Position numbers and translations under genes: made by a program | The notes under the pieces: generated by a model | What the model was told of the DNA's origin: nothing | The model's input: only the letters and a program-made list of their open reading frames with translations | Databases searched by the model: none | DNA from: a candidate division WOR-3 bacterium | GTDB lineage: Bacteria; Hydrothermota; Tepidihabitantia; Tepidihabitantales; Tepidihabitantaceae | DNA length: 64,000 bases | Assembly (NCBI GenBank): GCA_965648905.1 | Contig: CBFGIT010000001.1 | Location: forward strand, 1-64,000 | Direction: 5' to 3' | Shown: positions 9,308 through 19,907 of the stretch, one piece after another | Position numbering within the stretch: position 1 is the first letter of the stretch | How the letters are laid out: every line of letters starts with the position of its first letter

Positions 9308-10705
9308 ATGCGCCACCACCGTTCGACCCCTAATCCGCTGTTGATTCCCGAACTGCGCGAGGCGATCGCGAACGGGGATTCGGCCGAGCTGCGTGAGTTC
9401 CTGACCCACACCCACCCGCAGGCCGTGGCCGACTTTCTCGCCGCGCTGGAACCGGCCGAACTGGTGGCCGTGCTCAAGCCGGCGCCGTCCGCGACCCGGG
9501 CCGAGGTATTCACTCATCTTGACTCGGAACTCCAGTTGGCCCTGGTCGAGTTGATGCCGCGCGACGAGCTGGGCCGGCTGCTCTCCGACATGCCGCCGGA
9601 CGACCGCGTTGACCTGCTCCGTCAGCTTCCCGAGGACCGGCGCGAGACCCTGCTGCCGGCCATGGCTCAGGCCGAGCGCGAGGATGTCCGGCGTCTGATG
9701 TCCTACCCGGAGGGGACAGCCGGGGCGATCATGACCTCGGAGTACGCAACCCTTTCCCCGGACGAAACCGTGGCCGACGCACTGGCCCGGCTCCGCCGCG
9801 AAGCTCCGGACAAGGAGACTATCTACTACAGCTACGTGATCGACGGCCAGCGTCACCTGCTCGGCAGCGTCTCGCTCAAAGACCTGATTCTTGCCCGGCC
9901 CGAGGCCCGGGTGCGCGACATCATGGGGCCGGACCCAATTGCGGCCCGGGTTACTGACGACCAGGAGACCGCAGCCCGAACCATCCAGAAGTACGACCTG
10001 ATTGCGCTGCCCGTGGTTGACGAAGGAAACGCGCTGGTCGGGATTATCACGCACGACGACGCTGCCGACGTGTTGACTCAGGAGCAGACCGAGGACGTCG
10101 AGAAGTTGATGGGTATCAGCGGCCAGCACGAGTCATACGTCTACATGAAGACGACGCCGCTCGAGCATTTCCGCAATCGGGTCGGCTGGATTCTTGGGCT
10201 GGCCGTGCTCGGTCTGGTCTCCGGGTTCATCGTTCAGCGGTTCGAGGCGCTCCTGGCTCAGGTCGCTCTGCTCGCGACCTTCATGCCGATGCTCGCCGAC
10301 ACCGGCGGCAACACCGGCAGTCAGTCGGCCACGCTCGTGATTCGGGCCCTGGCCCTGGGCGAGATTGTGCCGCGCGACTCGGTGCGCGTGCTCGTGCGGG
10401 AGTTTCTGACCGCACTGCTGCTGGCGGTCGTACTTGGGTTGTTCGCATTCGGCCGGGTGATGCTGTTTCACGGCGGTCGGACCCTGCCGCCGGGCGTGAC
10501 GCCGATTGGCGTCGGCGTGGCCATCGCCTGCGCACTTGGCATTCAGGTCGTGACCTCGACGCTGATTGGTGCAGTCCTGCCGCTGGCTGCAGCCCGGTTG
10601 CGGGTTGACCCGGCGGTCGTGGCCAGTCCGGCTCTGACGACGATTGTCGACATCACGGGCCTGCTCATCTTCTTCACAACGGCGAAGCTGATGCTCGGTT
10701 TGTAG
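9308..10705 (+). CDS. mgtE: Magnesium transporter MgtE
   Basis: YPEGTAGAIMT, CBS pair, GIITHDD, TGGNTGSQS, DPAVVASPALTTIVD. Confidence 0.93.
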   Translation: MRHHRSTPNPLLIPELREAIANGDSAELREFLTHTHPQAVADFLAALEPAELVAVLKPAPSATRAEVFTHLDSELQLALVELMPRDELGRLLSDMPPDDRVDLLRQLPEDRRETLLPAMAQAEREDVRRLMSYPEGTAGAIMTSEYATLSPDETVADALARLRREAPDKETIYYSYVIDGQRHLLGSVSLKDLILARPEARVRDIMGPDPIAARVTDDQETAARTIQKYDLIALPVVDEGNALVGIITHDDAADVLTQEQTEDVEKLMGISGQHESYVYMKTTPLEHFRNRVGWILGLAVLGLVSGFIVQRFEALLAQVALLATFMPMLADTGGNTGSQSATLVIRALALGEIVPRDSVRVLVREFLTALLLAVVLGLFAFGRVMLFHGGRTLPPGVTPIGVGVAIACALGIQVVTSTLIGAVLPLAAARLRVDPAVVASPALTTIVDITGLLIFFTTAKLMLGL

Positions 10706-12410
10706 ACGGCCGCCGCCCGACGAGCACGGTCTCAAAGACCATCCAGAGTTCGAGCAGCAGACAGGCAGCGCTGACTCCGAACAAGAGCCAGTTGCCGACC
10801 GACACGAACTGCCGTATCTTCAAGACAAGGGCCCAACTTGTCATCACCAGCATGAACAGCGCCGGCCCGAGCGCCAGCCAGTAGAACTTCGTTCTGGGCC
10901 GGAGCCAGACCGCCACGACCAGCAGGGCCAGTCCGGCCAGAAGCTGGTTGACGGCACCGAACACCGGCCAGAGCTTCAGTGCACCGGCGCCGTTCGCGCC
11001 GGTGGCGAATGCCAGCGCACCGGCGCTCACCACCGCCAGGGTTGTCGCAATCCAGGGCTTGCCCAGGACCGGTACCCGGGCCGCAGTTGCCAGCTCGCTG
11101 ATGACGTAGCGCTGAAGCCTGGTTGCGGTATCCAGGGTCGTACCGGCAAAGCTGGCAACCAGCACGCCCATCACCGCAATTGCTGCGCCGGTCGGAATCC
11201 CGAGACTGCCCAGGAGGTTGGCCGCGCCGGTGACAAAGGCGTCAAGGTTGGCGTTCATCCCTTCGGCCGCGCCCCAGCTCGCATAGTGCCGGGTCCAGGC
11301 TGCAACCCCGGTAAGCACGCTGCCGTCCGCGGTCCGATAGGCCAGGCCGATGCCGGCGCAGCAGGCGATGATGACGAGCACGGCCAGGGCCGACTCGACC
11401 AGCATCGCGCCGTAACCGACAAAGAACGCATCCGGCTCGCGCGCGACCTGTTTCGACGAAGTGCCGGACGACACCAGCGAGTGGAAGCCGGAGATGGCGC
11501 CGCAGGCAATGGTAATGAACAGCACGGGCCAGAGCGACGGCGCACCGGGCACGGCCGGGCGGAACGCCGGCGCGACCAGATTCATGTTGCGGAAAAGCCC
11601 GGCGGCAAACACCCCAAGTGTCATGAGCCCGAGCGCGACAACCAGCTCCCAGGCATTGATGTAGTCGCGCGGCTGGAGCAGAGTCGTGACCGGCAGCACC
11701 GACGCGACAAAGGCATAGACGAGCAGGATGATGGTCCAGACTCCGGTGGCCGGAATGCCGAACAACGGAGGCATGACCAGCGGGAACCGCCAGCCGAGCG
11801 CGATCGTGCCGTACATCAGGAGGATTGCCGCGATGTCGAAAAAGAGCAGTCGGCTGGCCAGGTGCCGACGATACACCAGCCAGCCGAGCGCAACCGCAAT
11901 CGGAATCTCGGCCCAGACCGGAATCACCGAAGCAGGAAACCGGTTGAAGATGAGCGCGATGACCAGACCGAAGATGGCAATCACGACCCAGAGAATCAGC
12001 AGTACCACCAGGAAGAAGATTGTCCGTACCCGCGGACCGATGAGCTCGCGGGTGATATCGGCAATCGAGCGGCCCTGATTGCGCAGGGAGACAACCAGCG
12101 AGCCGAAATCGTGGACTCCACCCATGACAATCGAGCCGACAAAGACCCAGATGAAAGCCGGGACCCAGCCCCAGATGACGCCGATTGCCGGTCCGACAAT
12201 CGGGCCGGTTCCGGCAATCGAGGTGAAGTGGTGACCGAAGACGATGATGCGGCGGGTCGGGACAAAGTCAACGTCGTCGCGCCGAGTTACCGCCGGAACC
12301 GCGGCATTCGGGTCAATCCGGAAGATGCGCCGGGCCAGAAACCGGCCGTAGGTACGGTAGGCCACAATGTAGCCGACAAACGCACCGACCATCAGCAGAA
12401 TCGTGTTCAT
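10674..12410 (-). CDS. cstA: Carbon starvation protein A (CstA) family transporter
   Basis: FGHHFTSIAGTGPIVGP, GGVHDF, LLQPRDY, ITIACGAISGFHSL, TTLDTATRL. Confidence 0.92.
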   Translation of the reverse strand: MNTILLMVGAFVGYIVAYRTYGRFLARRIFRIDPNAAVPAVTRRDDVDFVPTRRIIVFGHHFTSIAGTGPIVGPAIGVIWGWVPAFIWVFVGSIVMGGVHDFGSLVVSLRNQGRSIADITRELIGPRVRTIFFLVVLLILWVVIAIFGLVIALIFNRFPASVIPVWAEIPIAVALGWLVYRRHLASRLLFFDIAAILLMYGTIALGWRFPLVMPPLFGIPATGVWTIILLVYAFVASVLPVTTLLQPRDYINAWELVVALGLMTLGVFAAGLFRNMNLVAPAFRPAVPGAPSLWPVLFITIACGAISGFHSLVSSGTSSKQVAREPDAFFVGYGAMLVESALAVLVIIACCAGIGLAYRTADGSVLTGVAAWTRHYASWGAAEGMNANLDAFVTGAANLLGSLGIPTGAAIAVMGVLVASFAGTTLDTATRLQRYVISELATAARVPVLGKPWIATTLAVVSAGALAFATGANGAGALKLWPVFGAVNQLLAGLALLVVAVWLRPRTKFYWLALGPALFMLVMTSWALVLKIRQFVSVGNWLLFGVSAACLLLELWMVFETVLVGRRPSTNRASASPL

Positions 12411-12589
12411 CGCGCTCCTGCCCGATGCCGGTAGAGAGACGGCTCTGGTCCTTCGATGGTCAAAGGCAATCGGCGGCCGGAAAACACGGCGTGATGATAG
12501 TCGGAAGCAGCCGGAAGTCAACCTGTTGGCAGTCGCCCCTTTCGCCTCTCGCTTCCTGCCCTTTGACTTACCTCGGCTTCAAGGTCGGT

Positions 12590-12617
12590 TTGACTTCGGA
12601 GCCGCGCCGGATATAGT
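12590..12617 (+). promoter_or_regulatory. sigma70-like promoter of the lysS operon
   Basis: TTGACT-N16-TATAGT, ATG 8 nt downstream. Confidence 0.6.
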
Positions 12618-12625
12618 TGACACCA

Positions 12626-14140
12626 ATGACCACTAATCGGCCCGAACCAGCACCAGCCAGCGGCCATGACCGGGAAGTGCGGCTCGGCAAGCTCGGACGG
12701 CTGCGCGAGCAGGGTGTCAACCCCTATGCCTACCGGTATGACCGCACGCATTCATGCCAGGCGGTCATCGAACGATTTGCCGAGCTGGAGAACAGCGAAG
12801 TGCGGGTCGCGGGACGGCTGATGTCGCGCCGTGAGCATGGCAAGACCCAGTTCGGCCACATTCAGGATGCTTCAGGCCGGCTTCAGCTCTACCTGCGCCA
12901 GGATACGCTCGGCGACGAAGCATTCTCCCGCCTCAACCTGCTCGACCTCGGCGACTTCGTCGGCGCCCAAGGCCAAGTATTCCGCACGCGGACCGGCGAG
13001 GTGACGGTCAACGTCAAGGAACTGGTCTTGCTCGGCAAGTCTCTGCGGCCTTTGCCTGAGAAGTTCCACGGCCTGCGTGACATCGAAACCAGATACCGGC
13101 AGCGCCATGTTGACCTGCTGGTCAACGAAGAGTCGCGGCGCGTGCTGCTGGCGCGCAGCCGCATCGTCGGGCTGGTGCGGGAGTTTCTTACCGAGCGCGG
13201 TTTCATTGAGGTCGAAACACCGGTGCTTCAGCCCATCTACGGCGGTGCCGCGGCCCGGCCGTTCACCACTTACTACGACGTGCTTGAGCAGCAGATGTTT
13301 CTGCGCATCTCGGACGAGCTGTATCTGAAGCGGCTGATTGTCGGCGGACTGGAGAAGGTGTTTGAGATTGGTCGTGACTTCCGCAACGAGGGCCTGGACC
13401 GAACCCACAACCCTGAGTTCACTCAGATGGAGCTGTACTGGGCCTTTGTTGACTACCACGACGTGATGAAGCTGACCGAAGAGCTGTTTGCCTTCCTGGC
13501 CGTGAAGCTGCACGGCCGGACCGAGGTCCGGTTCGGCAACCACATCGTTGACCTCGGTCGGTGGCGGCGCCTGAAGTTCGTTGACGCGCTGGCCGAGCGC
13601 ATTGCGGCCGACCCGCTTGAGCTTTCCCTGCCGATGCTCAAGCAGGTTGCCGACCGGGCCGGCGTTGCAGCAGGCGAGGGCATCTCCCGGGCCAAGCTTC
13701 TGGACAAGCTGTTCACCGAGCTGGTTCAGGACCGGATCGTCGAACCGACGTTCGTCATCGACCATCCCAAGGTCACGACGCCGTTGGCTAAGACCCACCG
13801 CGACAATCCGAACCTAGTCGAGCGGTTCGAACCGGTGGTCTGCGGCATGGAGCTCGGCAACGCCTTCTCCGAACTCGCCGACCCGCTTGAGCAGCGGCAG
13901 CGGTTTGAAGAAGGCGTGGCGCAGAACGAGGAGTTTGCTACGGTCGACGAGGACTACTGCGAAGCACTCGAATTCGGCATGCCGCCGACCGGCGGGCTGG
14001 GCATCGGCATCGACCGGCTGACCATGCTTCTGACCAACTCGCCCAACATCCGGGATGTGATTCTGTTTCCGCAGCTCCGGCCCAACCGGGATTCAAAGAA
14101 TCAAGGAGACGAGGAGTTCTGCCCGGCTCCCGAACCCTAG
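12626..14140 (+). CDS. lysS: Lysine--tRNA ligase (class II)
   Basis: OB-fold N-terminus, LPEKFHGL.D.E.RYRQR, FRNEG..HNPEFT, GMPPTGGLGIGIDRL. Confidence 0.97.
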   Translation: MTTNRPEPAPASGHDREVRLGKLGRLREQGVNPYAYRYDRTHSCQAVIERFAELENSEVRVAGRLMSRREHGKTQFGHIQDASGRLQLYLRQDTLGDEAFSRLNLLDLGDFVGAQGQVFRTRTGEVTVNVKELVLLGKSLRPLPEKFHGLRDIETRYRQRHVDLLVNEESRRVLLARSRIVGLVREFLTERGFIEVETPVLQPIYGGAAARPFTTYYDVLEQQMFLRISDELYLKRLIVGGLEKVFEIGRDFRNEGLDRTHNPEFTQMELYWAFVDYHDVMKLTEELFAFLAVKLHGRTEVRFGNHIVDLGRWRRLKFVDALAERIAADPLELSLPMLKQVADRAGVAAGEGISRAKLLDKLFTELVQDRIVEPTFVIDHPKVTTPLAKTHRDNPNLVERFEPVVCGMELGNAFSELADPLEQRQRFEEGVAQNEEFATVDEDYCEALEFGMPPTGGLGIGIDRLTMLLTNSPNIRDVILFPQLRPNRDSKNQGDEEFCPAPEP

Positions 14141-14162
14141 GCCCCTGGGCCTTGCCCGCGGC

Positions 14163-15383
14163 ATGAGATTCGAGCTCTTCATGGCCGGACGGTACCTGCG
14201 CGGCCGCGGACGCCGAATGCTCTCCGGGATTACCGCGATTGCCATCGGCGGAGTGTTTGTCGGCGTCGCGGCAATCATCATCGTCCTCTCGGTCGAAAAC
14301 GGCTTCCACAAAGAACTCAAAGACCGGATTCTCGGCGCCACGCCCCACATCGTTGTCACCCAGTTTAACTACGCGCCCCTGCCGTACGCCGGGCCGCTTG
14401 ATACCCTGCAGGCGCGCATCGGCCGGATTCCCGGGGTCCTAGAGGTAGCTCCATTTGTCTATGCCAAGACCCTGGTTCGCTCTGAGAACGGTGTCGAAGG
14501 CGTCGTGATTCGCGGCATCGACCCGAACAAGGAGAGCGAGATTACCGACGTCGGCGGCACTGTGGTTCAGGGCGGGTTCAGGTTCGATTCGGCCGGGGTC
14601 GTGCTCGGAGTCGAACTCGCCCGGGTACTGGGGCTTGCGGTTGGCGACCGGGTTAACCTCGCCTCGCCGTTCGGCGGAACGAGCACGCCGCTCGGATTCG
14701 TGCCGCGCACGCGCCATTTCCGGGTCAACGGTATCTTCGACTGCGGCATGTACGAGTACAATTCGAGCTTCATCTACTTGGCGCTGGCCGATATCCAGGA
14801 GTTCCTGGACATGAAAGGCTCAATCACCGGTTACGAGGTCCGGGTCCGGGACGTGTACGCTTCGGGCGCTATTGCCAAGCGAATTATGATGACCCTGGGC
14901 TACCCGTTTCGGACGACCGACTGGATTGCTCAGAATCGCAACCTCTTCACCGCGCTGCGGCTGGAGAAGGTCGTGACGTTCATCGTGCTCGTCCTGATTG
15001 TTCTGGTGGCCGCGTTCAACATCATCGGCATGCTGATGATGATGGTCATGCGTAAGACCCGCGAAATCGGCATTCTCAAGGCGATTGGAGCCCGCCCCGA
15101 AACCGTGACGCGCATCTTTGTTGCCGCGGGCGGGCTGATCGGTGTCATCGGCACAACGCTGGGCGCGGCGTTCGGGTTTGTCATCTCCTGGGCCCTGAAT
15201 CACTACCGGATTGTCTCTCTGCCCGGCGACGTCTACTTCATCAAGAACCTGCCGGTCCAGATGCAGTGGCAGGACTTTGTTATCGTCTGTCTGGCCGCGC
15301 TCGTCATCACGTTCGCGGCAACCATTTACCCGGCGCTCCGTGCGGCCCGGCTCATACCGCTGGAAGCAATCAGATATGAATAG
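14163..15383 (+). CDS. Lipoprotein-releasing ABC transporter permease (LolC/LolE family)
   Basis: GVAA.I.VLSV.NGF, VAAFNI, K.REIGILKAIGA, YPA.RAA...P.EAIRYE. Confidence 0.9.
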   Translation: MRFELFMAGRYLRGRGRRMLSGITAIAIGGVFVGVAAIIIVLSVENGFHKELKDRILGATPHIVVTQFNYAPLPYAGPLDTLQARIGRIPGVLEVAPFVYAKTLVRSENGVEGVVIRGIDPNKESEITDVGGTVVQGGFRFDSAGVVLGVELARVLGLAVGDRVNLASPFGGTSTPLGFVPRTRHFRVNGIFDCGMYEYNSSFIYLALADIQEFLDMKGSITGYEVRVRDVYASGAIAKRIMMTLGYPFRTTDWIAQNRNLFTALRLEKVVTFIVLVLIVLVAAFNIIGMLMMMVMRKTREIGILKAIGARPETVTRIFVAAGGLIGVIGTTLGAAFGFVISWALNHYRIVSLPGDVYFIKNLPVQMQWQDFVIVCLAALVITFAATIYPALRAARLIPLEAIRYE

Positions 15384-16095
15384 CAGTCCGGCAGTCGAGG
15401 AACCAGCCGGGCCCGCGCCGGTGCTTGTCGCCGAGGACGTCTGGCGCGTGTTCGACTCCGGGCCCGAACAACTGACGGTTCTGCGCGGCGTCAACCTGTC
15501 GGTCCGTCCTGGCGAACTGGTGGCCATCCTCGGCCCCTCAGGAACCGGGAAATCGACCTTGCTGCACATTCTGGGTGCACTCGACCGGCCCACGCGCGGT
15601 CGTGTCTTCCTTGATTCCGAAGACGTTTTCCGGTACTCTGAATATCAACTGCCGGACCTGCGGAACCAGAAGGTCGGATTCGTCTTCCAGTTCCACCACC
15701 TGCTGGTCGAGTTCACGGTCCTAGAAAACGCGGCCATGCCTCTGCTCGTGGCCGGCCGGAGCCGGCGGGAAGCACTTCGCCGGGCCGAGGAGGTTCTGAC
15801 TGAGGTCGGATTCGCCTCGCGGCTGAACCATCGGCCCGGCGAACTTTCGGGCGGCGAGCGGGCCAAGGTCGCCCTGGCCCGTGCGCTCGTGAACCGGCCG
15901 GCAGTCGTCCTGGCTGATGAGCCGACCGGAAACCTGGACTCAGCCTCGGCCGCGGCACTGATGGACCTGTTCGCTCGACTGCGCGAAGAAAGGAAGATGA
16001 CCGCACTGGTAGTAACTCACAACCGGGCAGTGGCCGAACGTGCCACCCGACGTCTGCTTCTTTCTGACGGAGTACTCCAAGATGAAGAAATGTGA
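15376..16095 (+). CDS. lolD: Lipoprotein-releasing ABC transporter ATPase LolD
   Basis: GPSGTGKSTLLH, GFVFQFHHLL.EF, LSGGE, ADEPTGNLD. Confidence 0.9.
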   Translation: MNSSPAVEEPAGPAPVLVAEDVWRVFDSGPEQLTVLRGVNLSVRPGELVAILGPSGTGKSTLLHILGALDRPTRGRVFLDSEDVFRYSEYQLPDLRNQKVGFVFQFHHLLVEFTVLENAAMPLLVAGRSRREALRRAEEVLTEVGFASRLNHRPGELSGGERAKVALARALVNRPAVVLADEPTGNLDSASAAALMDLFARLREERKMTALVVTHNRAVAERATRRLLLSDGVLQDEEM

Positions 16096-16579
16096 TCTCT
16101 GCCGCGAGAACGAAGCCAGCATCAAGGTCCATCAGATGGACTCGGGCGGTAAGGTGACCGAACTTGCCGTCTGCACCGAGTGCGCCCGGCAACGGGGCCT
16201 GGCCGAGGTCAAGCCGGCCAAGACCGCGTCGGTCGAGGTAATGGCCGAACTCAAGGCCGGACTCAAGGAAAAAGACGCCGCGCTGGTCTGCTCGCACTGC
16301 GGCACGACACTGGCCGACTTCAAGCGCCAGGGCCGGCTTGGCTGTGACTACTGCTACATCGCCTTCCGCGAAGAACTCCTGCCCCTGATTCGGCGCCTGC
16401 ACGGCGCAACCCAGCACCTGGGCCGGACAACCAGAACCGGCCGCAAAGACGCTCATGTCCGGCTGACCACAGACCGGATCCGGGATGCCCTCTCTGCCGC
16501 GATCAAGAACGAGGACTACGAGAAAGCTGCGGCACTGCGCGATGAACTGCGCAAGGTGGAAGATGAAGCTGGGAAGTAA
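16082..16579 (+). CDS. mcsA: McsA, protein arginine kinase activator
   Basis: Four CxxC motifs, GRLGC..CY, C-terminal UVR domain EDYEKAA.LRD. Confidence 0.9.
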   Translation: MKKCDLCRENEASIKVHQMDSGGKVTELAVCTECARQRGLAEVKPAKTASVEVMAELKAGLKEKDAALVCSHCGTTLADFKRQGRLGCDYCYIAFREELLPLIRRLHGATQHLGRTTRTGRKDAHVRLTTDRIRDALSAAIKNEDYEKAAALRDELRKVEDEAGK

Positions 16580-17606
16580 CGGCGTTGGCCGCTGGCTCAC
16601 AGCCTCAGGCCCGGACTCGGACGTCGTCATCTCCTCGCGCATCCGACTGGCCCGCAACCTCGCCGGCGTGCCGTTTGTCCCGCGCGCCAAGAAAACCGAG
16701 CAGGAACAGGTCATCGACGCAGTCCGCTGGGCACTCAACGCCGCCGGACTTGACAACTCAGGCCGGTTCATCGACGACCCGCTCCTCTCAGAAAACCAGG
16801 GCCAGTATCTCCTCGAACGGCACATTATTTCCCCGGACTTCCTCTCCTCCAAAGCGCGACGCGGCCTGTACGTCAACACCGACGAGACCCTCAGTCTCAT
16901 GGTCAACGAAGAAGACCATCTCCGGCTCCAGGTCCTGGCCTCAGGCCTGGCGCTCCTTGACGCGCTCCAAACCGCGCTCAGCCTCGACGACAAACTCGAA
17001 GCCCAGGTTCAGTACGCCTTCTCGCCCGAATTCGGGTTCCTCACCGCGTGCCCGACCAACGTCGGCACCGGCCTGCGGGCCTCGGTCCTGGTCCACCTGC
17101 CCGGCCTGGTCCTGACCCGGGAAATCGACAAAGTCCTGCGCGGCGCACTCCACATCGGACTCGCCGTACGTGGACTCTACGGCGAAGGCAGCGAAACCAG
17201 AGGCAACTTCATCCAGATCTCCAACCAGAAAACGCTGGGCCAGTCCGAACAGGAAATCGTCGACTCGGTCGCCGACATCAGCCGTCAGGTCGTGGATTAC
17301 GAGCGCAAGGCCCGCGAGTACCTGATGAAGAACCTGCGCATCGAGCTTGAAGACAAAGTCTTCCGATCCTTCGCCATTCTCAAGGGCGCGCGCATCCTCT
17401 CATCCGACGAAGCGATCAACCTGATTGCGACCCTGCGGCTCGGAGTCGCGCTGGGAATCGTCAATGAGATTGACCTGGCAGGGGTGAGCCGGTTGCTGAT
17501 TCTGGTGCGGCCGGCCAATCTGCAGGCAATGCTCGGTGAGACTCTTGAGGCTGCCCAGCGTGATGAACGGCGGGCGGCGTTTGTCCGCGAGACCCTGGTG
17601 CGGTGA
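16563..17606 (+). CDS. mcsB: Protein arginine kinase McsB
   Basis: SSRIRLARN, MVNEEDHLR, LTACPTNVGTGLRASV, QISNQ.TLG. Confidence 0.94.
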   Translation: MKLGSNGVGRWLTASGPDSDVVISSRIRLARNLAGVPFVPRAKKTEQEQVIDAVRWALNAAGLDNSGRFIDDPLLSENQGQYLLERHIISPDFLSSKARRGLYVNTDETLSLMVNEEDHLRLQVLASGLALLDALQTALSLDDKLEAQVQYAFSPEFGFLTACPTNVGTGLRASVLVHLPGLVLTREIDKVLRGALHIGLAVRGLYGEGSETRGNFIQISNQKTLGQSEQEIVDSVADISRQVVDYERKAREYLMKNLRIELEDKVFRSFAILKGARILSSDEAINLIATLRLGVALGIVNEIDLAGVSRLLILVRPANLQAMLGETLEAAQRDERRAAFVRETLVR

Positions 17607-18988
17607 TGAATGATAAGGGCGTGATGTTTCGTTCCCTGCCTTCGGTCGACAGGTTGCTTGCCGATGCCCGGCTCGGCCCGGTCCTTGGCCGGGTGCACCG
17701 ACGGATGGCGGTGCGGGCGGTAAGGGAGTATCTGGAGGAGGTGCGGGCCGACATCACTGCGGGACGAACTCGGGAGTTCTGTATCGAGGAACTGCGGGAG
17801 CGGCTTGAAGGCGAGATTCGGCCGACTCTGGTCCGTGCAATCAACGGCCTCGGTGTCATCCTGCACACCGGTCTCGGTCGGGTTCCTTTGTCGCGCGCAG
17901 CGCATGAAGCGCTGGCCGATGCGGCCGAGCACTTCTGCTGTCTCGAGATTGACCGCACCACCGGTCGCCGCGGCAGCCGGTACCGGCACATCGAGCCTCT
18001 TCTCTGCGAGCTGACCGGCGCGGAAGCGGCCATGGTCGTGAACAACAACTGCGCGGCAACGCTCCTAATTCTCACCGGCCTGGCGCGCGGCCGGGAGGTT
18101 GTGGTCTCGCGCGGCCAGCTTATCGAAATCGGCGGTGCGTTCCGGATTCCGGAGGTGATGCTTCAGAGTGGTTGTCGAATGGTCGAGGTTGGCACGACCA
18201 ACCGTACCCATCTGCGTGACTACCGCAGCGCCATTAGCGCCGATACGGCACTGCTGTTGCGCGTCCACACTTCGAACTACCGGATCACCGGTTTCACCAA
18301 AGAAGTCGGGCTTGACGAGTTGGTCGCGCTCGGGAAAGAGCACTCGATCCCGGTTGTCGACGACCTGGGCTCGGGCGCACTCATCGACCTTTCGAAGTAC
18401 GGTCTGCCCAAGGAGCCGCTGGTACAGGAGTCGGTTGCGGCGGGCGCAGACCTGGTCTGCTTCTCCGGCGACAAACTCATCGGCGCATCCCAGGCCGGGA
18501 TCATTGTCGGCCGGAAGAAGTACGTTGACCTGCTCAAGAAACACCCATTGACCCGGGCCCTGCGCTGCGGCAAGCTCACCTATGCGGTACTTGAACGTAC
18601 TCTCCTGCTTTTTCTCGACGAGGAGCAGGCCGTGAAGGAGCACGCTTTGTTCCAGTTGCTTCTGAAGCCGGTGGCGCAGTTGCAGACTGAGGCGACCGCA
18701 CTGAAACGCCGGGTCGGCCCGGCCCTGGCTGGTAAGGCTGAACTGCGGGTCCGGCCGTGCCGGGCTGAAGTCGGCGGCGGTTCGCTTGCGACCGAGAGCC
18801 TTGAATCCCGTTGCCTGGCCCTGAAGCCAAGAGCCATTTCTGTGGACGAGCTTGCCCGCCGGATGCGGCGCAACCGCCCGCCGGTGTTCGGTCGGGTCGA
18901 GCACGACGAATACCTGCTCGACTTTCGCACGATTCGCCGGGATGAAATCCCCTTGATCGCTCAAGCCCTGCTTGCCGCGCTGAGCTAG
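17606..18988 (+). CDS. selA: L-seryl-tRNA(Sec) selenium transferase
   Basis: IN..G..LHT.LGR, VVNNN.AA, VSRGQLIEIGG.FRIP, EVGTTNRTH, DDLGSG, FSGDKL. Confidence 0.95.
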   Translation: MNDKGVMFRSLPSVDRLLADARLGPVLGRVHRRMAVRAVREYLEEVRADITAGRTREFCIEELRERLEGEIRPTLVRAINGLGVILHTGLGRVPLSRAAHEALADAAEHFCCLEIDRTTGRRGSRYRHIEPLLCELTGAEAAMVVNNNCAATLLILTGLARGREVVVSRGQLIEIGGAFRIPEVMLQSGCRMVEVGTTNRTHLRDYRSAISADTALLLRVHTSNYRITGFTKEVGLDELVALGKEHSIPVVDDLGSGALIDLSKYGLPKEPLVQESVAAGADLVCFSGDKLIGASQAGIIVGRKKYVDLLKKHPLTRALRCGKLTYAVLERTLLLFLDEEQAVKEHALFQLLLKPVAQLQTEATALKRRVGPALAGKAELRVRPCRAEVGGGSLATESLESRCLALKPRAISVDELARRMRRNRPPVFGRVEHDEYLLDFRTIRRDEIPLIAQALLAALS

Positions 18989-19007
18989 GGACCGACCGGC
19001 AGTCCGA

Positions 19008-19907
19008 ATGCTCCACCTTTCGGTTGACGTCGCTTCCCGGTCAGGCCGGGGCCTGCGCACTGCAGGCCCGCTGGTTGCTTTGGCCCTTGCAACCGCGGCC
19101 GCGGTCGCAAGTGTTTTCGGACTAGACGAGGTACAGAAGGTTGCTGGTTCCTGGTGGTTCGTTGCCGCCGCGTGTCTGTGCGGGCTGAGTGGTCTTGTCG
19201 GTGCGGTCAGACTGATTGGGCAGCGAAGACGGACGGCTGCGCTGTCACACTTCGGACTCGCACTCGGAATCGTCGGCATCCTTCTGAACCAGACCTTGAG
19301 TCGCGGCGGCTACCTGTTCCTGCCGGTTGGAGCCGGAGCACGGAACTACTGCCTAGCACAGAACCTGAAGGGGGTTGTTGAGCTGCCGTTCTCGGTTCGG
19401 CTCGACTCGCTCGGGGTGCGGACCAGCCGTGGCTTCAGACCTGCGCCCGCGGCACTTATCCGCGCCACGGCCGGCACGAAAGCTTTCGCCGCATCACTGA
19501 CTTGGAACCATACCGTCACGGTCGATGGTTACCGGCTGGTGCTGTCCCGTGTCGTTGAGCAAGGGTTCCTTGAAGAGTACGAACTGGCGGTGGGCGAAGA
19601 CGAATACTCGCTCCTGCACAACCAGCGTGTCCGTCTCCGGCCCGGACTGGAAGTCACAAGCTTCGGCTTCGACGTCGAACACAAACAGGTCGGTCTGGTC
19701 GTGAACAATACCCGGCAGTGGCTTGCAGTCGGCGATTCGGCAGCGGTCGAAGGCGCACGTCTGCGACTGACTGCGGCATCTTTCGCACCAGCAGTTGGGG
19801 CGGTATTCGTCGCTAACGACGTCCGGCTGCGGCCGGTGCTGTTCATCGGCTTTGGTCTTGTGCTTCTGGGACTGCTGGGCGAGGCTCTTAGGAGAGCCGA
19901 ACCGTGA
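19008..19907 (+). CDS. Membrane protein, possible divergent ResB/CcsB-like cytochrome c biogenesis partner
   Basis: N-terminal TMs ending in H.GL, ELPFSVRL, one C-terminal TM; coupled to ccsA. Confidence 0.5.
   Translation: MLHLSVDVASRSGRGLRTAGPLVALALATAAAVASVFGLDEVQKVAGSWWFVAAACLCGLSGLVGAVRLIGQRRRTAALSHFGLALGIVGILLNQTLSRGGYLFLPVGAGARNYCLAQNLKGVVELPFSVRLDSLGVRTSRGFRPAPAALIRATAGTKAFAASLTWNHTVTVDGYRLVLSRVVEQGFLEEYELAVGEDEYSLLHNQRVRLRPGLEVTSFGFDVEHKQVGLVVNNTRQWLAVGDSAAVEGARLRLTAASFAPAVGAVFVANDVRLRPVLFIGFGLVLLGLLGEALRRAEP

Noticed and set aside
17606..19007. tRNA-Sec or an in-frame UGA selenoprotein near selA
   Set aside because: No cloverleaf or convincing UGA-readthrough frame seen by eye
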